From an uncultured Gallionella sp. (GTDB taxonomy: Bacteria; Pseudomonadota; Gammaproteobacteria; Burkholderiales; Gallionellaceae), in contig CAYNYH010000002.1 in assembly GCA_964401425.1 (NCBI GenBank), positions 1-57,596 of the forward strand: a stretch of 57,596 nt of DNA, written 5' to 3'. The translations under genes were made by a program, and so were the position numbers. Positions 20,256-30,925 of the stretch are shown piece after piece. The stretch's first letter is position 1, and every line of letters begins with the position of its first letter. The notes beneath the pieces are model-generated. The model was not told the DNA's origin. It made no database searches and saw only the letters and a list, made by a program, of their open reading frames with translations.

Positions 20256-20286
20256 GCGGATTACCGTGCAGGCCAGGTTCAACAGG

Positions 20287-21666
20287 TCAGCCGATGCCAT
20301 ACTGCTTCAGTTTCTTCCACAGCGTAGTGCGCGACATGCCGAGCCTCCCGGCGGCGGCGGCCTTGTTTCCTCCGGTTTCCTTCAGCGCTTCCAGGAGAAT
20401 CTCCTTCTCTTGCCCTGCCTGCTGCGCCGGGGCGCGATAATAACGCTGCACCAGTGGCGCAGCCGTCACCGGAGCAGCCGCGGCCCGTGTATCGACAATC
20501 TGATGAGCGGCCTCCTGTATCTCCGGCGGCAGGTGTCGCACCAGGATAGATGTGCCATCCACGTGCACCATTGCATATTCCAGGGCATTGACCAGTTCCC
20601 TGACGTTGCCCGGCCAGCTATAGGCGCCCAAGGCATCGAGCGCTTCGTTGGAAAGCTGGATGTCGCGCCCCGGGTGACGGTCAAGCATGTTGGTCAGCAT
20701 GGTGCTGACCAGCAGCGGAATGTCTTCGCGACGTTCGCGCAAGGCGGGAACATGCAGCGGAAGCACCCGCAACCGGTAATAAAGGTCGGCACGGAATTCG
20801 CCGCTGTTGACCATGGCCGGCAAATCACGGTGCGTTGCTGCGATAATCCTCACATCCACCTTGCGTGTCTGGTTTTCGCCGAGCCGTTCGATTTCGCGTT
20901 CCTGCAGGACGCGCAGCAGCTTTACCTGGACATTCAGCGGCACCTCGCCGATCTCGTCCAGCAGCAACGTCCCGCCGTGCGCCGCCTCGAAGCGGCCCTC
21001 GCGGGCTGTAGCCGCGCCTGTGAATGCGCCGCGCGCGTGACCGAACAACTCGCCTTCGAGCAACTGCTCGGGAAATGCGGCGCAGTGCACCCGTATATAC
21101 GGCCCCTTGGCGCGGCTCGAATTATCGTGCAAGGCACGCGCAACAAGCTCCTTGCCGGTGCCGCTCTCGCCGGTAATGAGGATGCTGGCCTCGCTTGCCG
21201 CCGCCCGCAGGATTTGGCGGAACAGATCACGCATCACCACGCTATGCCCCACCAAACCACCCAGGCGCAACCTGTCGCTGGCCGCCTCCTCCAGTTGCAC
21301 CTCATGGGTGCGGTCGCGCAACACCACGGCACAGTATACCGACTGCCCGTCATAGGGCAGCAACATCGCCCACATGCGCAAGGGGATCAGCATCCCGTCC
21401 GGGCGTTGCACGACGAGGTCCTGGACCTTCTTTCCCTGTATCGCGTTTTTCATGAGGGTGCAATGTCCCCTCTTCTCGCAGCTGCGCGCGCATTCCGTTC
21501 CCTGGAAAAGGCTGGGGCAGAGTTTATCCAGAATATTGTCATGGTTCTGTCCCAGCATGCGGATGGCCGCTTCATTGATCTCCACGACGCGGCGCCGCTG
21601 ATCAAGCAGAAGAATCCCCTCCTCCAGATTGTCAAGAAACTGCCTCAATCCCGGCAAATTAATCAT
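20287..21666 (-). CDS. PAS-domain sigma54-dependent transcriptional activator (bEBP) with Fis HTH
   Basis: GESGTGKE, GAFTGA, LLDEIGE, WPGNVREL, LGMSRTTLWKK; N-terminal PAS with C-x8-C-x3-C-x5-C. Confidence 0.93.
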   Translation of the reverse strand: MINLPGLRQFLDNLEEGILLLDQRRRVVEINEAAIRMLGQNHDNILDKLCPSLFQGTECARSCEKRGHCTLMKNAIQGKKVQDLVVQRPDGMLIPLRMWAMLLPYDGQSVYCAVVLRDRTHEVQLEEAASDRLRLGGLVGHSVVMRDLFRQILRAAASEASILITGESGTGKELVARALHDNSSRAKGPYIRVHCAAFPEQLLEGELFGHARGAFTGAATAREGRFEAAHGGTLLLDEIGEVPLNVQVKLLRVLQEREIERLGENQTRKVDVRIIAATHRDLPAMVNSGEFRADLYYRLRVLPLHVPALRERREDIPLLVSTMLTNMLDRHPGRDIQLSNEALDALGAYSWPGNVRELVNALEYAMVHVDGTSILVRHLPPEIQEAAHQIVDTRAAAAPVTAAPLVQRYYRAPAQQAGQEKEILLEALKETGGNKAAAAGRLGMSRTTLWKKLKQYGIG

Positions 21667-21790
21667 GATCGTTCATCGCCCTTCAAAATGTTCACTGTGA
21701 ACGGCATGTTAACGTTACCTTTTAACATTGTCAACCCGCGCAATAAGCGCCTGCGCACGCAACGTCTTTATTTTCAATAAACTACATTTG

Positions 21791-21806
21791 TGGCACGGTA
21801 AATGCT
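21791..21806 (+). promoter_or_regulatory. Sigma54 (-24/-12) promoter
   Basis: TGGCACG-GTAA-ATGCT vs consensus TGGCACG-N4-TTGCW; divergent from a bEBP gene; palindrome GTTCAC-T-GTGAAC ~100 nt upstream (21690-21702). Confidence 0.82.
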
Positions 21807-21909
21807 TATATCAATGCGTCCACCTGTGAACAGCGTTTTATCCCACAGGCGAAGCCCCTCCCAAAATGGCAGGGAATTCAACCAGGTTTTTATACAAGGA
21901 GTCTTAATC

Positions 21910-22200
21910 ATGAAAACATATATTTTGTCGGGCCTGATCATCGCTGGTGTTTTGGCCTCTACAGCCGCGCAAGCCACAATATCCCCAACTGATGAAATTT
22001 ACTCCGGCATGAGCGCTACTGCGATACAGAAAGACCAGCAAGCTAACCCGGCTGCCGAGCGACATTCAACGGGTAAGGCAACGTGCGTCTGGCATGAAGC
22101 GGAAAGTAGTGCGGTCGATTCACTGTATGCCGCCTACCCCGGCGATGAATATGTGGAAAAGGCCTATCTTGCCCCGACCAACCAGAGTTTTGTGTGCTGA
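21910..22200 (+). CDS. Small secreted hypothetical protein (96 aa, two Cys)
   Basis: AAGGAG SD; Sec signal peptide ending AQA; directly after the sigma54 promoter. Confidence 0.75.
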   Translation: MKTYILSGLIIAGVLASTAAQATISPTDEIYSGMSATAIQKDQQANPAAERHSTGKATCVWHEAESSAVDSLYAAYPGDEYVEKAYLAPTNQSFVC

Positions 22201-22295
22201 CAGGTTTTATGCAGACATCTTCCACGGTCTGCAGATAGCGCAAGCTTTCGTTAGTTTCTCCAAGTCTTAACCTCTCCCAAGCTGTTAAGATGTTC

Positions 22296-22331
22296 TGCCC
22301 CTGACCCAGAAAAGCCAGGGGCATTTTTTTT
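22296..22331 (+). terminator. Rho-independent terminator
   Basis: TGCCCCTG...CAGGGGCA followed by a T run. Confidence 0.65.
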
Positions 22332-22465
22332 GCAAGCTTAACGAACCAAATAGACACCAAACGGTCAACTACGGCGCACATTAGCTGTCTGCCAATAAAA
22401 CGCAAAATCAAGCTTCCGACTATGTGCTGAAACCTCATCCGTCAATCAACAATCAAGGAAATTAA

Positions 22466-22960
22466 ATGTTTATTCAATGGAAAAAAATTGCCGCTGCCTT
22501 GTCTGCCGCCGTACTGCTGGGCATGAGCCCGGGAATAGTGTCAGCCCAAGGCCACAGCCATTCGCATGACGCAGCGGAGTCAGCACAGCTCACCTTGAAT
22601 AACGGCAAAAAATGGGCCACCGATGACAGTCTGCGCCAGGGCATAAGCCGCATTCGCGATGCGCTGACAGCCGAGCTCCCGTCCATCCATTCCGGCAAGG
22701 CCACGGCGGAGCAGTACCGCGCACTGTCACAGAAGATGGATGACCAGATTGCGTTCATGGTGAAAAACTGCAAACTGGAACCAAAAGCGGATGCCATGCT
22801 CCATCTCGTGCTGGCCGACATTATTGCCGGTGCGGACGCGATGAAAACGCGGAGCTCCAGCGATGCATACAAGGGCGCTGTGAAGATTGCCAGCGCGCTG
22901 GATAATTACGGGAAGTATTTTGATCACCCCGGCTGGCATGGGCTGGAGCACTCCCACTGA
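22466..22960 (+). CDS. Exported His-rich DnrO-like protein
   Basis: Signal peptide, GHSHSH, LTLNNGKKWATD..LRQG, NCKLEPKADAMLH, YGKYFDHPGW; family call from recall. Confidence 0.7.
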   Translation: MFIQWKKIAAALSAAVLLGMSPGIVSAQGHSHSHDAAESAQLTLNNGKKWATDDSLRQGISRIRDALTAELPSIHSGKATAEQYRALSQKMDDQIAFMVKNCKLEPKADAMLHLVLADIIAGADAMKTRSSSDAYKGAVKIASALDNYGKYFDHPGWHGLEHSH

Positions 22961-23001
22961 ATGCAGGGAAGGATCAATCTCACCTTCCGGGGAGGCCGCA
23001 T

Positions 23002-23463
23002 ATGACGAAACTGGCGTGGAAAAAGAAGCTGAGTGTCGGAAACGCGGTTATCGATTCCGAACACAGAAATCTGATGGAGATAATCGATAACATCGAGTCC
23101 CTGATCAAGGCAAAGGATGGCCACGCCCTGTCGCAGGTATTCGGGCAACTGGAACAATGGCTATGCATTCATTTTGCAAACGAGAACCATATAGCCCAAT
23201 CGGTTAATTACGACTTTACCCAGCACAAGCAGGCGCAACAGAATCTGCTCAAGGAGGCCAGACGCTTGAAAGAGGGAGTGGCTATCAAGGGTAGCTTATG
23301 GCCTGAAAACGAAATAAAGCACTACTCCGGTTATTTGAAGCGCCAGTTAGTTGAACATATCACAAACGCGGATATGCGAATGAAGTCAGTGCTGCAGCAT
23401 CTTCCCTACGATTTCCTGCCCGAAAGCGGCGTGCATAAATGCGAGTGCGGCTGCAGCCTGTAG
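23002..23463 (+). CDS. Hemerythrin-like protein
   Basis: W...LSVGNAVIDSEH, HFANE, HKQAQ, HITNAD. Confidence 0.82.
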   Translation: MTKLAWKKKLSVGNAVIDSEHRNLMEIIDNIESLIKAKDGHALSQVFGQLEQWLCIHFANENHIAQSVNYDFTQHKQAQQNLLKEARRLKEGVAIKGSLWPENEIKHYSGYLKRQLVEHITNADMRMKSVLQHLPYDFLPESGVHKCECGCSL

Positions 23464-23534
23464 GCAGCCTCCGACATGAGCGATGGCCGGCAAGCTGCAC
23501 CTGAAAACTCGGTGAGTAACGGTAGACTAACCAC

Positions 23535-25655
23535 CTACAGCCGCTCTTCACGCCGGCGCAGGGTGCGCCATACCCAGATGCCGGATAGCAACAGCGCCGC
23601 AGCCAGCAACCACAGCGGCCAGCGCACAGGCTGATTCCAGGTGCGGCGTTGCCGGTCGCGCTGCGCAGCCTCTATGCGCCAGTATTTGAGCTTGTTGTTG
23701 GCCATCACGTTGGGCTTCACGTTATGCAGCCAGCCGTGCTGCAACACGTAGCTCTTCGGGTGAAAGCCCCACAGCCACGGCGAGTCGCGGCGCAGGATTT
23801 CCAGCATCCGGTCGATGATGGCCTGCCGCGCCTGGCTGTTTTCCATGTTCTTCATCTGGCCGAACAGCCGGTCGTATTCCGGGTTGCTGTAGTTCGCCGC
23901 ATTCTCGCCGCCCTTGCCTACCTTGGCCTGCGCGCCGTGCAGCAAAAATAAAAAATTCTCCGGATCGGGATAGTCGGCATTCCAACCCATGTAGAACATT
24001 TGCGTATCGCCCTTGCGGATCTTGTCCTGGAAACGATTCCAGTCAGTGCTGCGTACATCGAGTTGCACGTTGATTTTTTCAAATTGTTTGCGCAGCCAAT
24101 CCAAGCGCGACTTGCCCCCCACCCCAGTCGCGGTTGTATCCATGTGTATTACCAGCGGCTGCATGGTTTTTGCGTCCACGCCGTTGGGATAGCCCGCCTC
24201 GGCGAGCAAACGCCTGGCTTCCTCGATGGGTTTGCGCCTGGGTGCGCCGCCCATCCAGTCATACACATAACGATTGAGGCCCGCCTCACCCTCGCGATAA
24301 CCGAAGATGCCCGGCGGGATCGGCGACTGGGCGGCGATGCCGCGCCCGTTGGCGAAGATGGAAATGAATTCCTCGAAATCCACCGCGATCGCAATCGCCT
24401 GGCGCAGCTTGCGCGCCCTGTCCGAATTTCCGCCGACCGTTGTATCCAGCCAGTTGAAGCCGGTGTACATGGTAGAGGTCGCAACCGCCGTCGAGAGCAC
24501 GATCCCCTGCGCCTTCATCTCCTCAGTCACGGTGGCTTCACCGCCGACGTTTACCTGTACCGCCTGGTCGAAGCTGTCCGAGCTGATGCCGGAAGCATCG
24601 TAATAACCCTGCAAAAACTTGTTCCAGTAGGGGATGGTTTCCTTTTCCAGGCTGAATACCACCTTATCGATCAGCGGCAGCGGCCGGCCCGCATCCGCCA
24701 GCAGCCCGGCCTGTGCATCTCCCGCATCGCCTTCGGCCGGATAGGTCTCGCTGTCGTAGGACGGGTTGCGGCTCAGCACCATGCGCTGGTTGGGATTGTT
24801 CTCGGACAGGTAATACGGCCCGCTGCCCACCGGCCACCAGTCCAGTGTCAGGTTGCGCTCGCGCATCCCCGGCTGCGCGTAGAAACGCTCGGCCTCCTGC
24901 GGCATCGGCGCGAAAAACGGCATCGCCAGCCAGTAGGCGAACTGCGGGTACTTGCCATGCACCTCGATGCGGTAGGTGTGCTCGTCCACCACCTGCACGC
25001 CCGGCAAGGGGTAGGCATTCAGGTCGAGGAACGCGCCGGGATTTTTCTGCGCCGCCTGCTGCAACTTCGCGGCAAAGTCCTTCAGGCCGACGATGTATTC
25101 GCCCATCACGCCAAGGATAGGCGTATGCAGTTGCGGATGCGCCAGGCGCTTGATCTGGTAGGCGTAATCGGCCGCCGTGACGGTGCGCGTGCTGCGGTGC
25201 GGAAAATCGCCCAGCGCATGGATGCCGCGCAAGCCGTCCGGTGTCAGGTGCATATTCTCCGGCGCAAACGCCGGATGCGGCTGGTAGCGCATGTTGGGTT
25301 TGATGCGGATTTCGTACACGCTGAGGGCGATTTTTTCCGCGGGTGCGTTATCTGGCAGCGGGCGGCGCGCCTTGTCCAGGTAGCGCACGACCGGCATCCC
25401 GCTCGCGGCCAGCGGCACCAGCTCGTAAGGGCGCTTCAGGTAATGATACTGCAGCGGGGGCGCATAGATCTGCGCGAGGAATTCATACTCGTTCTCGCTG
25501 TATGCCTGTGCCGGATCGAGATGCTTGGGACGCTCGGTGAACGCGGTGTAGAGTATCGGCTGGCCATCGTCCGCCGCAGGATAGGGGTTGTTCCACAATC
25601 CGCCGCCACAGGCGGAAAGCAGCACAACCAGCGGCAAGGCAAACCAGGCTCTCAT
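23535..25655 (-). CDS. Family 5 (peptide) ABC substrate-binding lipoprotein with C-terminal TM helix
   Basis: Lipobox LSAC, KHLDPA, PVGSGPY, GWNADYPDPENFL. Confidence 0.88.
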   Translation of the reverse strand: MRAWFALPLVVLLSACGGGLWNNPYPAADDGQPILYTAFTERPKHLDPAQAYSENEYEFLAQIYAPPLQYHYLKRPYELVPLAASGMPVVRYLDKARRPLPDNAPAEKIALSVYEIRIKPNMRYQPHPAFAPENMHLTPDGLRGIHALGDFPHRSTRTVTAADYAYQIKRLAHPQLHTPILGVMGEYIVGLKDFAAKLQQAAQKNPGAFLDLNAYPLPGVQVVDEHTYRIEVHGKYPQFAYWLAMPFFAPMPQEAERFYAQPGMRERNLTLDWWPVGSGPYYLSENNPNQRMVLSRNPSYDSETYPAEGDAGDAQAGLLADAGRPLPLIDKVVFSLEKETIPYWNKFLQGYYDASGISSDSFDQAVQVNVGGEATVTEEMKAQGIVLSTAVATSTMYTGFNWLDTTVGGNSDRARKLRQAIAIAVDFEEFISIFANGRGIAAQSPIPPGIFGYREGEAGLNRYVYDWMGGAPRRKPIEEARRLLAEAGYPNGVDAKTMQPLVIHMDTTATGVGGKSRLDWLRKQFEKINVQLDVRSTDWNRFQDKIRKGDTQMFYMGWNADYPDPENFLFLLHGAQAKVGKGGENAANYSNPEYDRLFGQMKNMENSQARQAIIDRMLEILRRDSPWLWGFHPKSYVLQHGWLHNVKPNVMANNKLKYWRIEAAQRDRQRRTWNQPVRWPLWLLAAALLLSGIWVWRTLRRREERL

Positions 25656-25771
25656 GGCGCAAAGTGTAGCGGAATCATGCCGGCGCGTCATGATTGAGGA
25701 GTATGAAGAGCTCTGGCAATCTCTGATGCTATACTTACACCCGCTTTGTTAACCGCACCCACGAGGAATAC

Positions 25772-26611
25772 ATGAAACGGTTTTTGATGTTGTTGACGGT
25801 CGCCCTGACCAGCGTGAGTTTATTTGCCGCGACGGCGGAAGCCAAACGTTTCGGCGGAGGCGCCAGTTTCGGCAAACAGCGGACGATGGCTCCGCAGCAA
25901 GTGCAGAAGGCTCCTGCTGCCGCGCCTGCGCAGGCTCCTGCCGCAGCACCCGCACCGCCCGGCAACAAGTGGCTGGGCCCATTGGCCGGCTTGGCGATCG
26001 GCGCCGGGCTGGGCGCGCTGTTTGCCAGTATGGGGCTGGGTGAAGGCATGGGCACTATCCTGATGATCCTCCTCGGCGCAATGGCGGTGATGTTCCTGCT
26101 GGCAAAATTCCGCAAGCAACAACCCCAGCCTGCCATGCAATACGCCGGAGCGGGCGCGCCCTACGCTGCACCGCAACCGCTGACCGGCGGTTCGGCGAAT
26201 ATGCCCAATGCCTCCACTGCCGCGGACAATATCCCGGCGGACTTCCCGGTGGAGAGTTTCCTGCGCAGCGCAAAGACCACCTTCATCCGCCTGCAGGCCG
26301 CAAATGACCGCAAGGACCTGAACGACATCCGCGAATACACGACCCCGGAGATGTTCGCCGAAATCTCGATGCAGATGCAGGAGCGCGGCGACGCGCCGCA
26401 GAGAACCGATGTCCTGTCCGTCAGCGGCAAACTGCTGGAAGTGGCGAACGAGGGCACGCTTGCGATCGCCAGCGTGCGCTTCGCCGGGCAGCTGCGCGAA
26501 AACAACGGCGCGCCGGAAAACGTGGATGAAATCTGGCATGTGCAGAAGGACCTGAGCGATGACAAATCGGTCTGGCTGTTGGCCGGTATTCAACAGACCG
26601 CCCTGCATTAA
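25772..26611 (+). CDS. Tim44-like domain protein
   Basis: AEAKRFGGG.SFG, WLGPLAGLAIG, LQAAND, EIWH...WLLAGIQQ; upstream of ubiJB. Confidence 0.88.
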   Translation: MKRFLMLLTVALTSVSLFAATAEAKRFGGGASFGKQRTMAPQQVQKAPAAAPAQAPAAAPAPPGNKWLGPLAGLAIGAGLGALFASMGLGEGMGTILMILLGAMAVMFLLAKFRKQQPQPAMQYAGAGAPYAAPQPLTGGSANMPNASTAADNIPADFPVESFLRSAKTTFIRLQAANDRKDLNDIREYTTPEMFAEISMQMQERGDAPQRTDVLSVSGKLLEVANEGTLAIASVRFAGQLRENNGAPENVDEIWHVQKDLSDDKSVWLLAGIQQTALH

Positions 26612-26617
26612 GCGGCC

Positions 26618-27199
26618 ATGTTCCCCCATCCTTCTGCCGCAGCGCTGAACCATTTGCTCGCGCAGAACGGCTGGGCGCTTGCCAGGCTTGCGCGCTTCGC
26701 GGGAAAGACGGCGCGCTTCGACATCGCGCCGTTCTCTTTCGCCTGCACCATCCTGGCGGATGGCGCGGTGCGCAGCGCCGATGCCTCAACCACTGCGGAC
26801 GCCATCCTCGTCATCCCCCCCACATTGCTGCCGCGACTGGCATTGCACGACGAACACGCACAGGCTGAAATTCATACCGAAGGCGACGCCGCGCTGCTGA
26901 CGGAAATCTTCTTCCTGTCGCACAACCTGCGCTGGGATGCGGCGCATGACCTGGGCCGCATCACCGGCAACGCTGCCGCAGAACGCATCATGCAGACCGT
27001 GCAGAGCGCCCGGCAGCACCTGCACGGCGCATCGGAAAACCTCTCGAAGTCGGCGACGACATACTTCACCGAAGAACACCCGCTGCTGGCCGGGCGGCAA
27101 CAGATTGTTGCGTTCGTGCAACAGGTGGACGTACTGCGCGACGATGTGGCGCGCATGGAGCAGCGCATCAGGCAGCTGTCGGCTGCAGGGGATCATTGA
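26618..27199 (+). CDS. ubiJ: Ubiquinone biosynthesis accessory factor UbiJ
   Basis: [29 protein letters not shown]; directly upstream of ubiB. Confidence 0.85.
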   Translation: MFPHPSAAALNHLLAQNGWALARLARFAGKTARFDIAPFSFACTILADGAVRSADASTTADAILVIPPTLLPRLALHDEHAQAEIHTEGDAALLTEIFFLSHNLRWDAAHDLGRITGNAAAERIMQTVQSARQHLHGASENLSKSATTYFTEEHPLLAGRQQIVAFVQQVDVLRDDVARMEQRIRQLSAAGDH

Positions 27200-27200
27200 C

Positions 27201-28727
27201 ATGTTACGTTTGCTGCGGCTGCTGAAAATCATCTTTGTCGTATTGCGCTTCGGGCTGGACGAATTCCTGCTCGCGCCCGAACAGGTGCGCTGGCTGCGCG
27301 CACCGCTGAACCTCCTGCTGTTCATGCGCAACGTTTCCGAGCCGCGCGCGGTCAGGCTGCGCCGCGCGCTGGAAAACCTCGGCCCGATCTTCGTCAAGTT
27401 CGGGCAGATGCTGTCCACCCGGCGCGACCTCCTGCCGGCCGACATCGCCGACGAACTCGCCAAGCTGCAGGACCAGGTGCCGCCGTTCCCCTCCGCGCAG
27501 GCGGTAGCCATGCTGGAAACGGCCTACGGCAAGCCGTTGCGTGAGGTGTTCCGCAGCTTCGAAGAAATACCGGTCGCCAGCGCCTCGGTGGCGCAGGTGC
27601 ATTTCGGCGTGCTGCCGGACGGCCGCGATGTCGCGGTGAAGATCCTGCGCCCCAATATCACCGGCATCATCTCGCACGATGTCGCGCTGCTGAAAGCGGC
27701 GGCGGACATGGTCGAGTGGTGGGCGGAAGGCCGCCGCCTCAAGCCGCGCGAGGTCATCGAGGAATTCGAAAAACATCTGGAAGACGAGCTCGATCTGATG
27801 CGCGAGGCGGCCAATGCCAGCCAGCTCAAGCGCAATTTCGCCAATTCGACGATGCTCATGGTGCCGGAGATGTACTGGGATTACTGCAGCCCGGAAATCA
27901 TGGTGATGGAGCGCATGTACGGCTTCCCGGTCAGCCAGGTGGGCGCACTGCGCGAAGCGGGCATCGACATTCCGAAGCTTGCCGAAAACGGCGTGGAGAT
28001 TTTCTACACCCAGGTGTTCCGCGACGGCTTCTTCCACGCCGACATGCACCCGGGCAACGTGCAGGTGGCGGCGGACGGGCGCTATATCGCGCTGGATTTC
28101 GGCATCATGGGCACCCTCACGGATACCGACAAACATTATCTCGCGCAGAACTTCATCGCCTTCTTCCGCCGCGACTACAAGCGCGTCGCCGAGGCGCACA
28201 TAGAATCCGGCTGGGCGCCCGCCGGCACCCGCGTGGACGAACTGGAATCGGCCATCCGCGCGGTGTGCGAGCCGATCTTCGACCGGCCGCTGCGCGAGGT
28301 CTCCTTCGGCCGCGTGCTGCTGCGCCTGTTCCAGACCTCGCGCCGCTTCGGCATCGAAGTCCAGCCGCAGTTGGTGCTGCTGCAGAAAACGCTGCTCAAC
28401 ATCGAAGGGCTGGGGCTGCAACTCGACCCCGAGCTCGACCTGTGGAAGACCGCCAAGCCGTGGCTGGAGCGCTGGATGAACGAGCAGGTCGGCTGGCGCG
28501 GTTTCCTCAAGACGCTGCACGAAGAGGCGCCGCACTATGCCACCCTGCTGCCGCAACTGCCGCGGGTACTGCACCGCCGCCTGACGAGCGACGGCTCCGC
28601 CCAGCATGCCGAGATGCTGCACAAGATACTGGAGCAGCAGAAACGCAACAACACCCTGCTGACCCTGATCAGCCTGTTGCTGCTGGGCATTGTTGCATGG
28701 AGTATCATCGGCTCCTACGCAGCCTGA
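27201..28727 (+). CDS. ubiB: Ubiquinone biosynthesis kinase-like protein UbiB
   Basis: [42 protein letters not shown]. Confidence 0.96.
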   Translation: MLRLLRLLKIIFVVLRFGLDEFLLAPEQVRWLRAPLNLLLFMRNVSEPRAVRLRRALENLGPIFVKFGQMLSTRRDLLPADIADELAKLQDQVPPFPSAQAVAMLETAYGKPLREVFRSFEEIPVASASVAQVHFGVLPDGRDVAVKILRPNITGIISHDVALLKAAADMVEWWAEGRRLKPREVIEEFEKHLEDELDLMREAANASQLKRNFANSTMLMVPEMYWDYCSPEIMVMERMYGFPVSQVGALREAGIDIPKLAENGVEIFYTQVFRDGFFHADMHPGNVQVAADGRYIALDFGIMGTLTDTDKHYLAQNFIAFFRRDYKRVAEAHIESGWAPAGTRVDELESAIRAVCEPIFDRPLREVSFGRVLLRLFQTSRRFGIEVQPQLVLLQKTLLNIEGLGLQLDPELDLWKTAKPWLERWMNEQVGWRGFLKTLHEEAPHYATLLPQLPRVLHRRLTSDGSAQHAEMLHKILEQQKRNNTLLTLISLLLLGIVAWSIIGSYAA

Positions 28728-28836
28728 AGGCGACCTGCCTTCCCCCACGAGGACGCGACCATCCCTGCCGATGATCGGCCAGGATAGCCGTATATCCGCG
28801 CCGGCCTGCGACGGATTATTCAAGGAGGTGACTGAA

Positions 28837-30144
28837 ATGAGAAACTCAGCGACGTTTCCTTTCATGGCTTGCTGCCTCTTTCTGGCCTTCGCCTACCCTG
28901 CCATTGCACAAGCCAGGCACATCGATGCGCCCTCCCTGAATGAGCTCGTCAAGCAGGAAGAAGAAGTCCGCCTGGCGCGCAAAGCCATTGTCGACGCGGA
29001 ACGCGCCCATGGCGTCAATCACCTCAAGGTCGCCGAACAGCTCGACAGGATGGCGCGTGTTTACGAAAAGCAGCGCAAATACGCCGCCGCCGAGCCTTTT
29101 CTCAGGCGCGCCCTGAAGATACGCGAGGCGAGCCGCGGCCAAAACGACCTTGCCGTAGCCGAGACGCTCAACAACCTCGGCGAACTGTATCTCGAGCAGG
29201 GGAAATATGCCGCGGCCGAGCCGCTGTTCAAGCGCGCGCTGGTCATCGAGGCGAACGTCTATGGCACCGACAGCGTCAAGCTGGTCGCGCCGCTGTTCCG
29301 GCTCGCCGAATTGCAGGAATCCCAGCGCCAGTTCGCCATCGCCATCCAGCTGCACCAGCGTGCGCTGGCCATCCGCGAGAAGGAGCTGGGGGCTAACCAC
29401 CGCGAGCTGGACGGTTCCCTGATGCATCTCGCGCACCTGCATCAGGAGCTCGGCCAATATGCCGAGGCCGAAGCCCTGCTCAGGCGCGCCCTGGCGATCC
29501 GCGAGAAAACTTTTGGCGCGGACAGCAGCGCGGTGAAAATAGCCCTGTTCAACCTGGCGCTGGTTTACCAGGCGCAAGGCCGTGAAGCCGATGCCGAGCC
29601 GCTGCTCAAACGCGCGCTTGCCATCAGCGAGAAAGGCAACGGCGACCAGCCCGGCGCCCTGGCGCCGATTTTCTACCTCGCAAAATTATACGAGGCGCAG
29701 CATCGCTACCCTGCCGCTGAGGATATGCACAAGCGCGCGCTGAGCATCGCGGAAAAATTCTACGGGGTAGATCACCCGGAAGCCGCCAAGGTGCTGGACA
29801 ATCTGGTCGGGCTTTACAAGATGCAGGGCAAATATACCGAGGCGTTACCGGTCGCAAAACGCGCACTTTCCATAGAAGAGAAGGCTTACGGCCAGAGCCA
29901 TGCCGAGGTTGCCAAAAGCCTGAACAACCTGTCCCTCATACAAATGGATTTGGGGCAATACGCGGAGGCCGAGCAATCGCTGAACCGCGCCCTGACTATT
30001 GAAGAAGCCGTCCACGGCAGCAATCATCCCAATGTGGCGGCCGTGCTGGACATCCTGTCCGACCTGTACAAGAAGCAGAATAAAGCCGAGATGTCAGCTC
30101 AGGCCGAGGCGCGCGCCAGGCAGATCCGCCGCACCCAGCGCTAA
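28837..30144 (+). CDS. Exported TPR protein with ~42-aa repeats
   Basis: AAGGAGG SD, signal peptide, repeated LNNL..LY..QG.YAEAEPL..RAL.I.E. Confidence 0.88.
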   Translation: MRNSATFPFMACCLFLAFAYPAIAQARHIDAPSLNELVKQEEEVRLARKAIVDAERAHGVNHLKVAEQLDRMARVYEKQRKYAAAEPFLRRALKIREASRGQNDLAVAETLNNLGELYLEQGKYAAAEPLFKRALVIEANVYGTDSVKLVAPLFRLAELQESQRQFAIAIQLHQRALAIREKELGANHRELDGSLMHLAHLHQELGQYAEAEALLRRALAIREKTFGADSSAVKIALFNLALVYQAQGREADAEPLLKRALAISEKGNGDQPGALAPIFYLAKLYEAQHRYPAAEDMHKRALSIAEKFYGVDHPEAAKVLDNLVGLYKMQGKYTEALPVAKRALSIEEKAYGQSHAEVAKSLNNLSLIQMDLGQYAEAEQSLNRALTIEEAVHGSNHPNVAAVLDILSDLYKKQNKAEMSAQAEARARQIRRTQR

Positions 30145-30160
30145 ACGCCGGCTGCTACTA

Positions 30161-30925
30161 TCAGACGAAAAACCCGCTATCCCACAGTTCCTGGGTCAAC
30201 GCCCGGTAGTCAGCCGCACCCGGGCTGTGCGGCGCGAAATCAAACACATCCTTGCTGTGCATCGGGCTGGTCGCCAACGCGACGGTTTCGCTGATGCGCG
30301 TTTCGCACACCAGCGCACCGTAGCGGTCCCTGAGCTTGTCGTAAATCTCGTAGGCCAGCTTGCGCCGTGAGTCGAAGCGCGTCACGACGACGCGCCTCTC
30401 GAACCTGCGGTTGAGCCTGCCTTCCAGCACATTGAGCGCGCTGTCCAGCCGATGCACCCCCTGCAGCGAAAGAAAATCCGCCGAAACCGGGATCAGCACC
30501 CGGTCGGTTGCGAGCAGCGCATTGAGCGTCAGAACACCCAGCATCGGGCAGCAATCGATCAGGATGGGCGCACCGGTCAGCGATAGATCCTCGCGCAACC
30601 CCTGGCGCAACAGCGTTGCTGCCTTGGGGTCGCTGCCGAGCATGGCATCGATCTTGGCGAGCTCCAGCGATGCCGGAATGATTTGCCAGCCGCCCGGAGT
30701 TTCCTGCAGCAGTTCGGAGAGTGTGGTCTTATCCTTGAAGAACGCCGCCATGCCGGTGTTCGGCAATGCCCTCGCCGCCCCGCTGGCCAAGGTCAGATGT
30801 CCCTGCGGATCCATATCCAGAGCTATAGGGCATTGCTGCGCGATATTCAGCGCAGCCGTCACGTTCAGACAGGTCGTGGTCTTACCCACGCCACCTTTTT
30901 GATTGAATACGGCGATTACCGCCAT
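30161..30925 (-). CDS. Orphan ParA/Soj-family ATPase
   Basis: NQKGGVGKTTT, DMDPQG, IDCCP; no parB nearby. Confidence 0.9.
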   Translation of the reverse strand: MAVIAVFNQKGGVGKTTTCLNVTAALNIAQQCPIALDMDPQGHLTLASGAARALPNTGMAAFFKDKTTLSELLQETPGGWQIIPASLELAKIDAMLGSDPKAATLLRQGLREDLSLTGAPILIDCCPMLGVLTLNALLATDRVLIPVSADFLSLQGVHRLDSALNVLEGRLNRRFERRVVVTRFDSRRKLAYEIYDKLRDRYGALVCETRISETVALATSPMHSKDVFDFAPHSPGAADYRALTQELWDSGFFV

